DNA of 64,000 nt. Origin: Utricularia gibba (taxonomy: Eukaryota; Plantae; Magnoliophyta). The stretch spans positions 62,001-126,000 of the forward strand of contig CM007989.1 in assembly GCA_002189035.1 (NCBI GenBank), written 5' to 3'. The notes beneath the pieces are model-generated. The model saw only the letters and a program-made list of their open reading frames with translations. It had not been told where the DNA came from and ran no database searches. Positions 11,754 to 25,339 of the stretch are shown one piece after another (the stretch's first letter is position 1; each line of letters starts with the position of its first letter). Made by a program: the position numbers and the translations under genes.

Positions 11754-14159
11754 TCAGAAGGCTATTATACTAGAACTCGTTTTCGAACTCCCATGGAACT
11801 CTGCATCTCGATAGTTATGCCACTTCTGGTATCTCTGATGGCCTGGCAGCACAGGCCTCAGACGTTGTGCAGATGTGCACTCAATGCAGCAGCATCCCCG
11901 GACAGCATCCACACAACTGGAGCAGCATCTGCATTGGCACATGTGACTTATAAATATAATACTCAAGAGAATTCGGTGCAGAACCTCACTCTACAAAGAT
12001 AACTAGCACTCACAAGAAGAGAAGATTGCAGTCAAGATTTGCACAGTTGCGGTGTCTCAATTCTGATACTTGAGATCCACAAATGTAGCATCTAGCAAAG
12101 GGGTGTTGTTTTGGCTTCTCGCAAAAGGCTGTAGGATTGCTATCAGGGCTGTAGGTAGATGGAGGCAATGAGAGGCGGGCATCAAAAACAAACAAGTTTC
12201 CAATCCATCCCATGGAACCTTCTGTTTGCAGATAGTTGGACACGCCTCCTTTTAAAGTATACAGTCTTTTGAAACCTCGTTGCCTGTCCACAATAGAAGT
12301 TTGTTTGTTCACCATACTTGCAAAAGATCCGCTAGGCTTCCACAACAGCATAATATCAGGGGGTTGGACAATTTAAACCAAATAGCTACACGATGACATA
12401 ATATATGCACTAAAACTGCCACCTAAAAAACCATTAGTAACAAACACAAGAAACGGCTTAGTTTAGCTGATAATCAGGATAACATAAGGTGCTCAGGGAG
12501 AGGGAGTGGTTCTTACATACGCAAACAGTTCAATACATAAAAGTGGAAGAGGAAATTTATACGATCAGCATCTCACCTTAGTATTGTTGAGTACACATCA
12601 CAGCGAATTCCTCCTGTGCAGTACATCAACACATCCGTCTTTTCTTTATCAGCATTTGTCAGAGGATCAGAATCCAAAAGCTGGAAGGTCAAGACAATTA
12701 CACCAGTTATTGAAAAAAATGTAGCTAGCCAGAAATTTGCCTTACGTCTGACTCTGGTTGACCATATGAGGTGCTACGGAAGCAATCAACAACAGGCCGC
12801 TGAGCCCCATGGAAATGACCGACATCCCATTCGTAACCTGGAGATAATATAATTTCCAATTATTGCATAAACCAACAATGCAAAATATTGCTTCCCCGAT
12901 CAATGTGAAGAATCTAAACATCTATTTTAAAATCAAGATTCTATGGTTCAATGGCGCTAACCATTCCTAACATCAAGTAAAATGCAGTTACTCTCCAATG
13001 CAGGAGATGAATATGACATTTTGTTCAATTCATCCAGCCTGTATCTCCATTCAGATGGCGCAAGTGGGGTGGCTCGCATGGACAGGTCAAGCAAAGGAAG
13101 TTTAGAAGTGCCCTCTTTTAACTGCCAAAAAAATTTAAAACAAGCAGTGTTCCCCATTACTGCAATCCAAATCTCAATTCATCTAAAAACTCTCAAGATA
13201 CATATAAAAAAGCCATAAAAATCGGAATGGCATAAGAGAGATAATTAGAACCTAAGGCGATGTGGCATGCCTGTACAAGTGATGGCTTATAACGAAGCTT
13301 TAATCTTGGGAAGGCATGGCCATTCCTGGCTGGAGTGACCTGAACAAGTATATCAGAAAATCTGACATCTTGCTTCAACCATTCAACATAAGCAAAAGCG
13401 TCTTCAGAGGGCCCACTGTACTGCGCAAGGAGAAAATCAGGTTACAGGAGGACAACGAATCTGCAGTTAAGAATTCATTATGAACTAAATTACCTGTGCA
13501 TTAATTCCTTCCTCATTCAAGTATATCCTTCCATGTATGTCACGACCCTGCACTCAAACAGAACGGCATTACGACATCAGCCGATGATAAAGTGTGCGGG
13601 CATGGTACAAAAGTGCTTCCTTCCGTATTCTCAATTTCGCATATCCAATTTACAAGGGATCATTAACGTTCCCACGTTTAGACACCAACACTCACAACAC
13701 TTCATCGTCCCCGATCTCATGGCTAAACACGCCGAACTCAATCAACTCTTTCAATGCGAATAGTGGTTTATGATCTAAAATACGGCAAACAGAATAGAAG
13801 ATAAAGGCATTCAGACCGACCTGCATAAAAGAGAGGTGCCTATTGACCTCTTCTTCAGGGTCTTCAATAAACACAAGCTTATAGAAATTCACCACAACGA
13901 ATTTGTCATCATTCTTGCTATCTTTCTGGGAACCATTGCCCACCCCTACCAAGACCCCAGTTGAAGATGAAAGGGCAAAAGGCTTAAAATTTCCATCGGC
14001 TTGGTTACAATCATTGCAACGAAGACGAAATTCGGACCGAGTTACGTGCAAAGAACTGTAATTCGTTGCACCTTGATCCGCAAGAGGAATATATGTTTTG
14101 GGTTTGGAGTTGAAGACAAAAAAAGAGCTCCAGCTGATAAGAGCAGAGACGGAAGCCAT
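11754..14159 (-). CDS. STR8: Chloroplast rhodanese-like domain protein 8 (TrhO/UPF0176-like); 8 exons, one GC-AG intron
   Basis: VVNFYK, GRDIHGRIYLNEEGINAQYSG, FPRLKLRYKPSLVQ, LLDVRNGYEWDVGHF, MYCTGGIRC, LKGGVSNYL, GNLFVFDAR and a Cys-rich C-terminus; transit-peptide-like N-terminus. Confidence 0.85.
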
Positions 14160-14497
14160 ACGTGGCCACTGGCCACCAAAACTGTCCGAAGTGCTTTTCA
14201 TTCGAGCAACCCCTCTTCACCTTTTGGGCCTTCAACTTAGGGCCCCTAAATGCAGCAAACTAATGGGGCTTGCATTGCGCCCAATTTTCTGGGATGTATC
14301 TCATCACTGTGCTGGTATAGTTATTGCAGTCAGCAGCGTGAGCAAAAACCCGATAACAAGCTAACTGAAAGTTGAAGTGTTCAACGTTACGATACGAAGG
14401 CTTCAACTTGCCCATTAAAGGAGCGACTGACTGTATCTTCAAGAAAAGATGAATACTTTAATGCTCTGAAAGATGAATCTGAATAGGGGAGGAGCCA

Positions 14498-15569
14498 TCA
14501 TTGAATTCGGCATCCATCATTCCCATGAACAACATTTCCATAAGCTGTGAGCTCGATAACGTCCATATCACGCCCTGGGCAATTATATTCAAAAGCAAGT
14601 TAGATGATTTTAAAGCTGGGCTGGCTGGCTGGCTGCCTCCTCTTCTATCTAATATGGCACCCAGTTACCTGAAACACGGCAGTAAGCACTCCTTTTGATG
14701 AGATCACTTCTGGATATCTCTGTTCGGTTCCCTTTGGAACGATTAGCAGTTGCCTTCGAAAATAACACCACCAATCAAGCAAGAAAGAATATGAAAAAGA
14801 CATTTAAATCAAAACAGCTTCGAAATCTACCTGCAGGACTTGACAGTTTTCTAACGTGCTTTTCCCTCCCTGCTCAATCGAGAAGAAATATTGAGCCATA
14901 AGTTTCTGAGCAAAGAGCACTATGGTTTAAAGAAAGCTTCAGCATTCAGGATGCATTCTTGTAACTACACAAAAGGATCATGAATTGATCCAGTCCTAAT
15001 CCCTTCTTTCAAAATTCGCTAATGTTTCCTCAAAAACTTCAGAGCGAAGCCTCGACATGTGGAAGGTGTGAAACATTGCGATCATGAATGCATATGCGCA
15101 GAAATCATCAGTGGAGAATCCAAAATTCGACAACTCTCCATTTACACGTATGGCAGAAGAATAGAACAGAAACTGTAATTACTAAAGTTCAAGGGGACGA
15201 TGGAGAAATAACCTTGGAATAGGGAATAATGTGGTCGTAATCATGGCAAAGGCAACCGGGGCAACCGACGAACTTCCTGAAAATGATATTGCCCAAGGGG
15301 TCACGACGCCACCGTTCTGGGTCCCGGCCCTTTACCTTTTCCGCTTTGTCCCAACACTGTTGCTTCACGCTGTGTGGAAAACTCCTAGGGTTTGACTTGT
15401 CCTCCGCCGAAATATTGAGGTTTTCAAAGAGCGCTATGTCTTCCGTCAATAGCTCCGCTGCTGAGTGAGTGGAGGCTGACCGAACCCGGCTGCCGGGCGG
15501 ACTCCTGCCTAAGGCGTATCTTCCACTGTGCCTTCTTCTAGTCTTCGTCGGAGAAGACTTTGACTCCAT
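14498..15569 (-). CDS. Plant HNH endonuclease-domain protein; 4 exons (15569-15213, 14869-14831, 14753-14669, last exon to 14498)
   Basis: RSFPHSVKQQCWDKAEKVKGRDPERWRRD...CHDYDHIIPYSK|GGKSTLENCQVLQ|ATANRSKGN HNH motif; all junctions in phase. Confidence 0.85.
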
Positions 15570-15904
15570 TTCCCCACAGAGGACAGCGATCTCTACTTTC
15601 ACAGGTTGTATCCAGGAGGGGGGAAGAAAAGCAAAAGAAATAAAGGACCACTGCTTTCTCTCTTTTTGGTGGAAAAAAAAGGGTACTATATTTCATTTTG
15701 GTCCTCAAGATCCCCGGAAACCTCTTTCGTCTTTGGTCCCTCAGCGTCATCAACTAATCGAAGTCCTCACCTTCATCACTTCATTGGGGTTCAGGTCAAT
15801 CGTCTCCATAAATACTATTGATGCGGAATGAATGAAGAACAGGTGAATGAGAAAAGGCTATGCGAGGCATAAGCAAAGATTCACTGTAGTGACTTAGGGG
15901 GAAC

Positions 15905-17249
15905 ATGGAAATTGTCTCATTACCTTCTAGCCGCTGTTTTCCTCGCCTCTCAAGAAGAAAACTCACCGTGGCTAAAGTGCCCTTGCCCTCGACGTCAGCT
16001 GTGCAGGAGAAGGTAGAAATAAAAGTATGTTCTAATCGCACATGTCGAAAGCAAGGATCTTTGAACACCTTCCAAGTACTCTCCGGAATCGCTCCTCCGC
16101 ACGTCACCGTAAACTCTTGCGGCTGTCTCGGCCATTGCGGTGCCGGACCTAACATCGCGGTTTTACCAAAAGGTGTTTTGTTTGGGCACTTGGGGACAGC
16201 GAGAAAAGCCGCCGATGTCATGTCCGCAGTCTGCGGTGTTGAAGATAGTGGCTACATCTGTTTGGAAGCATTGGCCTTGAGAAAGAGGGCTGAGGATGAA
16301 ATGGGTCGAGGCGATTTCACTCAGGCGTGTAGATTGCTGACACAGGCATGGTCTTGTATCCTAGCAGAAGTTCTTCTCTTAGTGTGCTGTTGGATTGCAT
16401 TAAAATATGTTACCAAATTACGGACTTGATGCTATGATCACAGGCTCTTGATCTGCAACCATTTGGTGGTGTTCACTTGATATATAAAGACAGGTTTTTG
16501 TGGCTCTGTCGTTGGTGTAGAATATTACTGGAGATATGTTGAATCAGTATTGCTCTTGATTTCTTGCTTGACACCAAGCTCTGTTGTACATAAACCAAGA
16601 GGTGAAATTTTACCTGATCATTTAACTTGTATTATCAGATCGGCTGCAAGGTTGGGAATGGGAGATATCAATGGAGCACTTGATGATGCTAGAGAGGCTA
16701 CGGTTCTTGCACCCAGTTATCCGGATGTTAGTATTCTTTGTGTCATGACTGTAACACAAAAAACTAAGAAAAGTAAACAATGGTCGTGTGCCAAATTTTG
16801 TGATCTTGAGTACCTTCGCTTCGTTTTATTAGTTTCTCCAGTAAAGTTACATGTCTTGGATTCCAACTCAGTTCAAAGTTTTACATATTTTTTGTAGGCT
16901 TATATTTGTAAGGGTGATGTTTTTATGGCAAGGGGTCAATATGATGAATCGGAAGAGTGCTATTCAATAGCCATAAACTTGGATCCATCCATTCGCAAAT
17001 CAAAATCATTCAAGGTATTTTTTTTCCTGCATTTGACTTCTTGGAACGGTTCCTTTATATTGAAATTTCCAATGAGAAAATGCTTGCTCGGGGATTATGG
17101 ACATTCTGGTTATGCATCCCTGTCAAGTTTTTGGCTTGCTGTATACGTTCATAGTTCTGAAGATTGAGTAAGGTTTATTGTTACTTCTCGCATTTCAGGC
17201 ACGAGTCCAAAAACTTCAGGAGAAGCTTGTGTCGACAAACTCAAGTTGA
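15905..17249 (+). CDS. Plastid-targeted thioredoxin-like [2Fe-2S] ferredoxin domain plus TPR repeat protein; 5 exons, first intron GC-AG
   Basis: EIKVCSNRTCRKQGS...CGCLGHCGAGPN (C-x4-C...C-x3-C), followed by TPR-like helices SAARLGMGDINGALDDA..A..LAPSYPD|AYICKGDVFMARGQYDESEECYSIAINLDPS. Confidence 0.8.
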
Positions 17250-17436
17250 TTTCTTTGTCTGAGCAAGGTTTAATTGTATTGAAATGAGTTGTTGATTAAT
17301 AAACTATAGATTTGTATTTTGATTTTCCTTTAGATATCAAATTTGAATCCAGAATATTTTTTATCCCAAAATCTGCTCTCAAGCACTCACCACATGGCAG
17401 AAAAAGATTTTTTCAGTTCAATGTCATATGCTGATC

Positions 17437-18786
17437 TTACAATGATGTGGCTTTCAGTCCACAGAGAAGCACATCAAACTTCTTTACCTTATCCCACAAA
17501 CCAAAGATTTTTCCCATTTTTCCCATTTCATTCGCCATTCCACTGCGTTCTGTTTGGAAACTCTGGTCCAAAATCGCCTCTGTTTCACACCTACCCTTCT
17601 TTTCCTTGTTCTTCCTCTTTTGCTCCTCGTTCTTCTTCTCCAGCCTGTGAAGCTGCCGCTGGAGGTCTTCAATTTTCTGGCTCAGCGTATGATCCCTCTG
17701 AGAGTCCCTTGTCTCGATGACACATCTTGCAAGCTCTGCAGCCTTCCTCTTCAGGAACAGTGACTCAGATGCCAGTCCCTTGTTCTCTTCTACCAGTGCC
17801 GCCACTCTGTACTCCAAAGTTGCATTATCATTCAGCAGAATGTCTCTCTCGGATTCCAGGACATCTAGCAAGTGCTTCTGTAGCTCCAATTTCCTTGATG
17901 ACTCCCCACATGCCATCTCCGTCAGGCTAAGCTCATTAAGAAGAATATCGTTCTCCACATTCTTCAAGACCATATCGACGAAGACACCATCAGCCTCCAT
18001 CTTTTCTGGTGCATGGAATTGGAAAGACACCGAGCTCTCTGCATCTGATTGAATGGTTTCAGCTTCATCAGCCGGAAAATTTCCACTGACGGCTTGAAGA
18101 CATTTTACACGATGGTTCTTGGCAAGTGCCTGGCAATAACGGTCAGCCAACAAGAGGTAGTTGTTGTAGAGGTCCTGGAGACAGGATAGCAGATGGGGGC
18201 GTTCATTGTAATAAATGTTCGCCCTGGCGCCAAAACTGTGGCTACTGTTATCATCTCTAGGCATCTTCCTCATCACTGTTTTAATTCTCTCATCCAAATC
18301 TGTGAGATCACCAAGACTCAAGTCTCTGGATTTAATTAGGGGGAATTTTCATTGTTCCTTGTATAGCAGAAGAAACCTTTTTTTTTTCTATTGATCTTGT
18401 TGAAATTCAAAGACACAATTATTTAGGCAAGAGAAACTTAAGAAAATATGAACAGAAGCTGGAAATGGAAATTTGAAGGAGATGAAGACACACCAAAAAA
18501 GATGGCCTCAATCTTTTCTCCGGGTCCACCTCAAAAGTGGCTTCTCCCACACAAAAAAAAAGTTGTGATAATTTGAAATTTAAATCCGTCGAGAGGAACA
18601 GATGAATGGAAATGGAGTTGCAATATCAACAGTGAATAATAGGGAAAAAATGTGTATAGAGTGTTTGGTGCAATGTTGCGTACCGGCGATGGTGCAGAGA
18701 AGCCAGGATGGCTTGTCGAAGCCAAAGCTGATCGTCATCCGGGATGATGCTGCCTCCTCTCCCTCTCTTCCGTACATGCTGACCAT
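17437..18786 (-). CDS. Kinase-interacting (KIP1-like/NAB domain) coiled-coil protein; 2 exons (start uncertain-18684, 18299-17437)
   Basis: PSWLLCTIA|DLDERIK...SFGARANIYYNERPHLLSCLQDLYNNYLLLADRY NAB motif, followed by a coiled coil (LESER..LLNDNA.L..RV..L.EENK.LA.E..F..RKAAELARC). Confidence 0.75.
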
Positions 18787-19362
18787 CGCTGATGAAGAAA
18801 ATGTTGGAGTAGCACTGTGAGGCATGAGGAAAATGTTGGCAGTAACACAAGAGCTCACTGAACATAGAACACACAACTATATCTGCAGTCTGGTAAACCA
18901 CCTTGCCTCGAGGCTCAGAAGCTGGAATTGGACAGTGGACTGGCCCTCGGAAGGCCGCGCCGCACCAGAGATGGCTAAGACACTTGACACAGCTACACTG
19001 CCTCTATGTATAATATATATACACACAGACACACTACAAGCACAAGGCACATGCCCCAACACATGTTCGCTTTTTCCTGTTTTCAAAATGGGATTTCTCC
19101 AAAACGATTCCATGTTTAAATTAAATGTCCCTCAATAAAAAAAAAAATCCTTAATAATCCAAAGAAGCACCATGTTATTGAATCAGCATGAGTCCAGAAA
19201 AAGACTGTTAATTATTCGAACATCGGGCATTGACGTGGGGTGCCGCCACCACAGCACAAAAGTTACGGCCAGGGCCAGTACTGGACTCGAACAAGCACGC
19301 CACATTAACTGGTAGCCAGCTGTTTCTTTTTCTTTTTTTTTTGTTCTCGATACGCTCCAGAT

Positions 19363-21862
19363 TCAGTTACCAGTTTTGAGGTCAGCTGAGCCATCAAGAG
19401 GTGAAGCCGACAATTGGGAGGGTGAGGTCCTGTACTTGCATTGAACATCCTCCCCTCCTACTACAAGCCTTTCTACAGCATCAGGTGGAAGGCCGATCAA
19501 TTCAAGCGTCTTCTCCCATGCTTTGTTACATGTTTCAATGTCGTATGCTCCCTCAGATGGATTCGCAGGCCGGCAATCCTGATTGATGTAAGCACACACC
19601 GGCCAGTCCTCAGCTTTCAGGGACTCGCAGTAATCCACCATTTGTGGATCTGTAGCAGCAAAAAGTGCACTTCTGGACCCTGAAAACAGAACGAGAAGGA
19701 GGCACGAAAGGGTTTTAGTTTCTGCCTTAGGGTGGGTGGGTGGGGGGGGGGGGAATAAAAGTGAAATTGTACAGTTACCTTCTTCAGGGCCGAAAAGGAA
19801 GTATGGTATCAAATGGTACGCAGCTTGCACAATCTTCGAAAGATCTCTAGCCTGCACTACCACACAGCTTATTCGATTTGAAACAGGTCGTCAAGTTTTT
19901 GAAGAATCCTTCAAAATAATGACAAATTAGGGAGAAAATCGGGATGCATATGGGTCAGAATCTTACCACATTGGTTTGTACTATTCCAGGGGAAACACAG
20001 ACCACATTTATGCCTGATTCAGATGGCAGTTTCTTATTAAGAACGCTGCTGAACATGACCTGCATTGATTTCCCTATAGACATAAATATGAAATGGAGAA
20101 GAAGAACAAACATTACAGAACTGTGCAATGAGACTTCTAGAGTATATTCAAGTTAGCTAAGAATCCATAGAATTCAATAAGCTCTGCAAGGACAAATTTT
20201 TTAGAACCTCTGCTAGTTTACTGCTAGAATATGCAATCATGCTGCTAAATTTTCTTTTCCCAGATGCTATATTCATATCTTCAGGATCAACAAAACCAAA
20301 GTGATGCATCTGCGAAAAAAAAAAAAACATTGGTGAGTTGAACTCAATTGTACTAGACAACAACAACTGCTACATCAGAATAGGGACAGCACCACTGCCC
20401 ATAGAGATCAAAAACTTGAACACACACGAATAAAGAACGAGTTCTAAAATTCATGTAAATACAGGATATGCCACAATACATCTATAATGTACAATGTTTC
20501 CAAAATCCGAGTCCTCTCAGCAGAAAATTATATGAAGGTTCACAAATCATACGCACCCACATTCCTACCCAAATGAAATATTTGAAAAATTTATCTTGTG
20601 AATAAAGGAAATCTGTTATCGGAAAAACTTAAAAATTTACACATCACTTGCAAAACTTACAATAGAATTCACATTAACAATGCGGCTGGGTGAACTCCTA
20701 ATCAATGAAGGCAAAAGCAATATGGATAGCAGAGCTGGAGCTAGATGATTCACTTGCAGGTGTTCTTCATAGCCATCCTTGGAAAATTTTTGTGGCCCTG
20801 TAAAAATGTAAAACAGCGTGAGTTAGATAAGATTCAAATAAGAATAGAACCTTAGTATACACTCAGGAAAAAAAATCAGGCTACTCCAAAATACATCACC
20901 CCATTGCAACACATTCAAAAGATAATACACAGAAGTTCAGGGTTGTTTTGGATGAAATTGACTCATTTGACCCTGAAAGCGATTAACTGAAAGTGGTTCA
21001 CTTCTACATCTTTGAGCATGAACCTCCAATCGAAAATATTCCAGCATTGTTGATGAGGCAATGAAGAGGTCCAGAACGTGCATTCCATGATTCAGCGAAT
21101 CTTGCCACAGATTCTAGGGAAAGAAGATCAACTTCCATGACCTGCGATATTTTCACGCCAAAAAAAAGGGCAAGCTTGTGAAAGGATTCATCGGTATTAA
21201 AAAAATAAAGAAGGGAGATTTCATTCATTCCCAGGTAATGGACTTTTTTTTTTTTATTGACAGGGTTACATTGCAATCCCAGAGCAGAGTAAACCACTCT
21301 CGACAAAAATAAGCATAAGGTTGAAATGGCTAAAAAAAAAAAAAAAGAACCTTTAGCTAATTCAAGTCAGCAAGAAGTTCGGAGGAAGTTCTGACAATGT
21401 TGAAAACTCCTTTGGGGATTAAAAGGTATCGATTTACCTCAATATTAAGAGGTAAGCCCTTTCCCGACCAATTGGTTTGCCATTGGTTTATCAAGTCATT
21501 GGCCGCCCTAGGATTTCTCACGGCCATCACTACATGTCCTCCTGCTTCCGCCAGTTGCCTGCTCAAGGAGCAAACACTAGGAAGTCGATATCCATGCCGC
21601 TTGGGGAGTATTCAGGAAAAAAAAAAAAAAAACAGTGGAGAAACCTAGCAATTTCTTTCCCGATGCCTGAAGTGGAGCCGGTGACGATGAATGTGAGGTC
21701 ACTAACGGGAGGAAGAGGCAATGGATTTGGAACGTTGCTGGCAAGAATCCTCTGGAAGAGAAACTCGTAAAAGAGATAGAGCCAGGCCCTGATCCATTCA
21801 ATCCATCCCACTCCACGCTTACTCCTGTCAGTAGGCGAAGAAGAAGGAGAGGCGGTGCCCAT
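19363..21862 (-). CDS. FEY: Short-chain dehydrogenase/reductase, FOREVER YOUNG-like; 8 exons
   Basis: GWIEW..AW..LFYE.LFQRI, IVTGSTSGIG, LINNAG, QVNHLAPALL, YSSSKLA (YxxxK), VSPGIVQTNV, DWPVCAYI..DCRPANPS; reading frame intact. Confidence 0.85.
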
Positions 21863-22710
21863 CGTACACCCCGCAAGAGGCAATGGTTTCAAGAATGGAA
21901 TCGCGTTCCTCCTCCACCCCGCATCTGCAACCGGAGCATCCTAAAAAGAAAGTGGGCGCATTTCACAACTTTAAAAACCGATGTGGGGGTTGGGGCCCCA
22001 CACGGTCGGAAGTGAAATGGAGCAAAAGCCGCTCTCTCTCTCTCCCTCCCTCCCTCGTGGATAAATTATTTTTAAGCAGGCGTTCATCATATTTGAAGAT
22101 GAGCTCCAACCCAACCCAAAGAATGGACTGGTGTCAGCATCTCTGCGAATCTTCCCCTCCATTCTTTGCCTGCTCAGCGACGCCCACAGAAGCAAAACTT
22201 CATTTCATTTTCATGGACAGAATGTAACATTGTGTTTACCAGGCACAAAACATACACCCTGAAACTTGCCTTTCAAAATCGGAGTACTGCTCAGCCACAT
22301 CGCCGGTGACAAGAAGAACATCATCTTGGTGGGTCAGGGTGTCTCAGGTAAGAACCAACTTGGGCCACGCCCTGTTTCCTGACCAGTCGTATGCAAATTA
22401 GGTGGCGGCACAGGATTCCAGGACGATTCGGAAGGGAAGGTGGTAGGTAATACACGCTGAGTGGGAGAAGCGTGGAGATACTGAAGCACGAAGCTCATAC
22501 TGGGAGGAAGAGAATCAAGTTAAGTAACACGCAAAACAATTTTCATGGGCTGGGGAATACTGCTACCAAGCTAGACAAAGAAGCAAAAGAGGGATGAAGA
22601 AACAGAAGATGGTCTCTGCATAGCTGCCTCCAGGCTTGAGAATTTGAAGAGGTTTTAGGAGACAGCACAGAGTCTCTGGTTGCAAAGCTTCGATTCCATG
22701 TAGTAAACCT

Positions 22711-24723
22711 TCATGTTTCAAAAAATCGCAGTTCAACCATGAACTCTCTTTGCTTCAAGGAGTACCACGCAACTGCCTTCGCTGAACCAAGGACTTGTAA
22801 CGCGTACTCAACAGCTAACACAGGGTTGTCCACATTCAAAACACCCCTTGTTCTCCTTGGATCAAGGCTCACCTCAGCATCAATCCTGAAGCTGAACGGA
22901 CCAGCAATCTGCGCACGGGAAAATGCAACCAGTCACACCAACTTACAGGCACTGTGTTGCACTGCATAACCACGATACCTGTTGCTGAAACGACACGCTG
23001 GCTGGTGGGCAAATCGCCTGAATAGCTTCCGCGTTAGGTACTCTACGCTTGACAAGGTCATAACCCACCCGATAGGCACTGTTTAACAACTTCAAACCTG
23101 ATGGAACATCGATCCGTGAACTAAGTCTAGTAAGGTCCAAAAACTGCTTCTGAAAGTTTCCATGCTGAGCGGAAAAACATACAGAAGCATAAACATCTGA
23201 TAGAAGGGAACAATTTTCCCTTTTGATTCGAAATCCTGAAGAAAAATCCTCTCTTGATGCTCTCTCGCCATGTGATGCAGCGATCACAGTTCCTAGATTG
23301 CAAGAAACACAAGTCCAGATACTAACAGAAGTACAAAAATCCATCTTTTGTACCTATAAATCCATCTTTATAGAGATCACCTATAAATGATGTTAAAGAT
23401 ATTTATTACCTACAAGAGCGGAAGCTGAAACATGTGGGTTTGAAAGAAGCATGTCATATGGCTGGACCATCTTCTTCTTGGATGCTTCACTCCTCCATAT
23501 GTTGAATCTTTTCTTGAATGAAAAATCACATTTAGCAGATAAACCAGGAAGTAAAATAGGAGGTACCGGACTCGGAGACAGGCCTTCAGCTAGTTCCGGT
23601 GAACCTGATGAATGGTTGGCATAGAAATGGTATCTAAACCCAGAACTAATACTCGCTGAAGCAAGATCCATGGACATCGCCAGTGGAACATCCCAGTAAT
23701 TGCCATCATGATCAACGAAAAGTGCTGGAGAAGCTGCCTCAACCGTAAGGTTGTGATTTAAAAACTGTAAGAGCAATTAGATGCAGTTGTCATGCTGACC
23801 GTTCTAACGAGGTGAAGATTAATAAAATCATACTGGAGGCTATGACAACACCCTCATAAGATCATTCATTGCCCCTTCCGAAGCAGCACAAAAAATCCAC
23901 TAAATTTATTCAAGACAAACAAGAGATTTCAGCCATTACGATAGTTTCCTAATTTCTTGTGCACAGACAGAGATGAGACAGGCTTGCCTTGTGATGGTAT
24001 ACCGCTTTCTTCCTGGGAGACATGGCTTCACCACTTGCTTCCAAGCTTAAAAGAAATATATCTTCGGGTGTTAACAACCATTCTGAACATAAATGCATGG
24101 TGTACAATTTTTTATCAGATAAATGCTTCCAAGGACTCCAGAAACAAGATGCATCAGGTTCTTTCCTTCCAAAATTCTTCACCATAGATGACACAGCCTT
24201 CTGCACATTGAATTGCCCAAGAAATGTTGCAAACCTTCACAGCACAGGAATTTTATAGGTCAATATCAGAACATGACACGATACACACCACATATTTGAA
24301 GCAGAGCACCCCTAAAAACGCAGCCCTTCTCATTCTTCAAGCACAGGCCCCCATTCCCAAAATAGCTATCAATCTTTCTCACTTTCAAGCACTTAAAAAC
24401 CTCTTTTTTAGAACATGACTCCTCTAACCAAATATGCAGCATCGAATGTCGGTACCCTACCACGATTCACGAAGAGACGGAGGCAAAGGAAGAGAAAGAC
24501 TCCGCTGAAAGGAAAGGTTAGTAGAGAAGGATGGGATGAATGGCATGGCCATGAATCGCTGGAGAAAATCAATCTGCCTGGAACGAGGCAACTTCGAACC
24601 ACGACTCATACCCATCACAAGCGGGTGACCATGCGCCGGCCTCGCCACTCCATCTACCGTCAAGGGCGTCGACACATCCACATCCCAGAAACCGCCATCC
24701 GTCGTCCACCTCAGTTTTTTCAT
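22711..24723 (-). CDS. TGD4: TRIGALACTOSYLDIACYLGLYCEROL 4 (plastid outer-envelope lipid transfer beta-barrel); 5 exons, intron 2 GC-AG
   Basis: MKKLRWTTDGGFWDVDVSTP.TVDGVAR, GNYWDVP..MS.DLAS, VQPYD.LLSNPH, SFQQQIAGPFSFRID, C-terminal EFMVELRFFET*. Confidence 0.9.
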
Positions 24724-25339
24724 TTCTCCTTGGTTCCCAATGCAGTCCGAGAAGTCGAGCTGCAGAATAAGAAGGTGATGTGTTGCTGGGTAACACCACG
24801 GTTTACTCACAAGGACTGGAGGAGAGCGCAGCGCTGATCCCGTGTTGTGCAGATTTGATTTCCAGGTACTGCAAACCGAAATTGAATGTGGTGGACCTGG
24901 AAGACAAAAGAAGAAATGAGCATTGAGCAGATTATAAGTGGGGCTGTTTTTTTCTATGTTTATCTCGTTGATGCGCGTGGAGAAGAATAGGATGATGATG
25001 ACTGAACTGAGAACTGATGGTGATGACTGGAGAGAAATAAAAAGGTCGATGAGGTAACAGAATTTTCAAAAATGGTCAACAATTCAAACAAAAATCCAGT
25101 CTTCAACTTCACTCTGCAACTTCCTGAATTCTCTATAATCTTCTGGGGCTTTTGCTGCGCATAGATCATCTGACCTGCCACTACATTTACAAAGAAAACG
25201 CATCCAGAAAAAACTTCGTTCTCCTTTTGCATCCCCTTCTTCTGTCATATGTAGATACAGCCAGGCGAGCTTATGGAGTCGACGACCAAGCTTTGCAAGT
25301 TTGGTTGACGCGGGTCTTATATGCAGTCACTGAATCAGC

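Noticed and set aside
15039-15111. TGATGA...CTGA pair in HNH intron 1 (minus strand)
   Set aside because: No terminal stem and no guide of 10 nt or more against rRNA recognised.
14498-15569. HNH gene as a sign of a CRISPR, homing or defence system
   Set aside because: It is a spliced nuclear gene among housekeeping genes. No repeat-spacer array, guide RNA or mobile-element context was seen anywhere in the window.
25238-25247. TGACAGAAGA match to the miR156 5' end (minus strand)
   Set aside because: Only 10 nt; the rest of the mature sequence and a star arm are absent.
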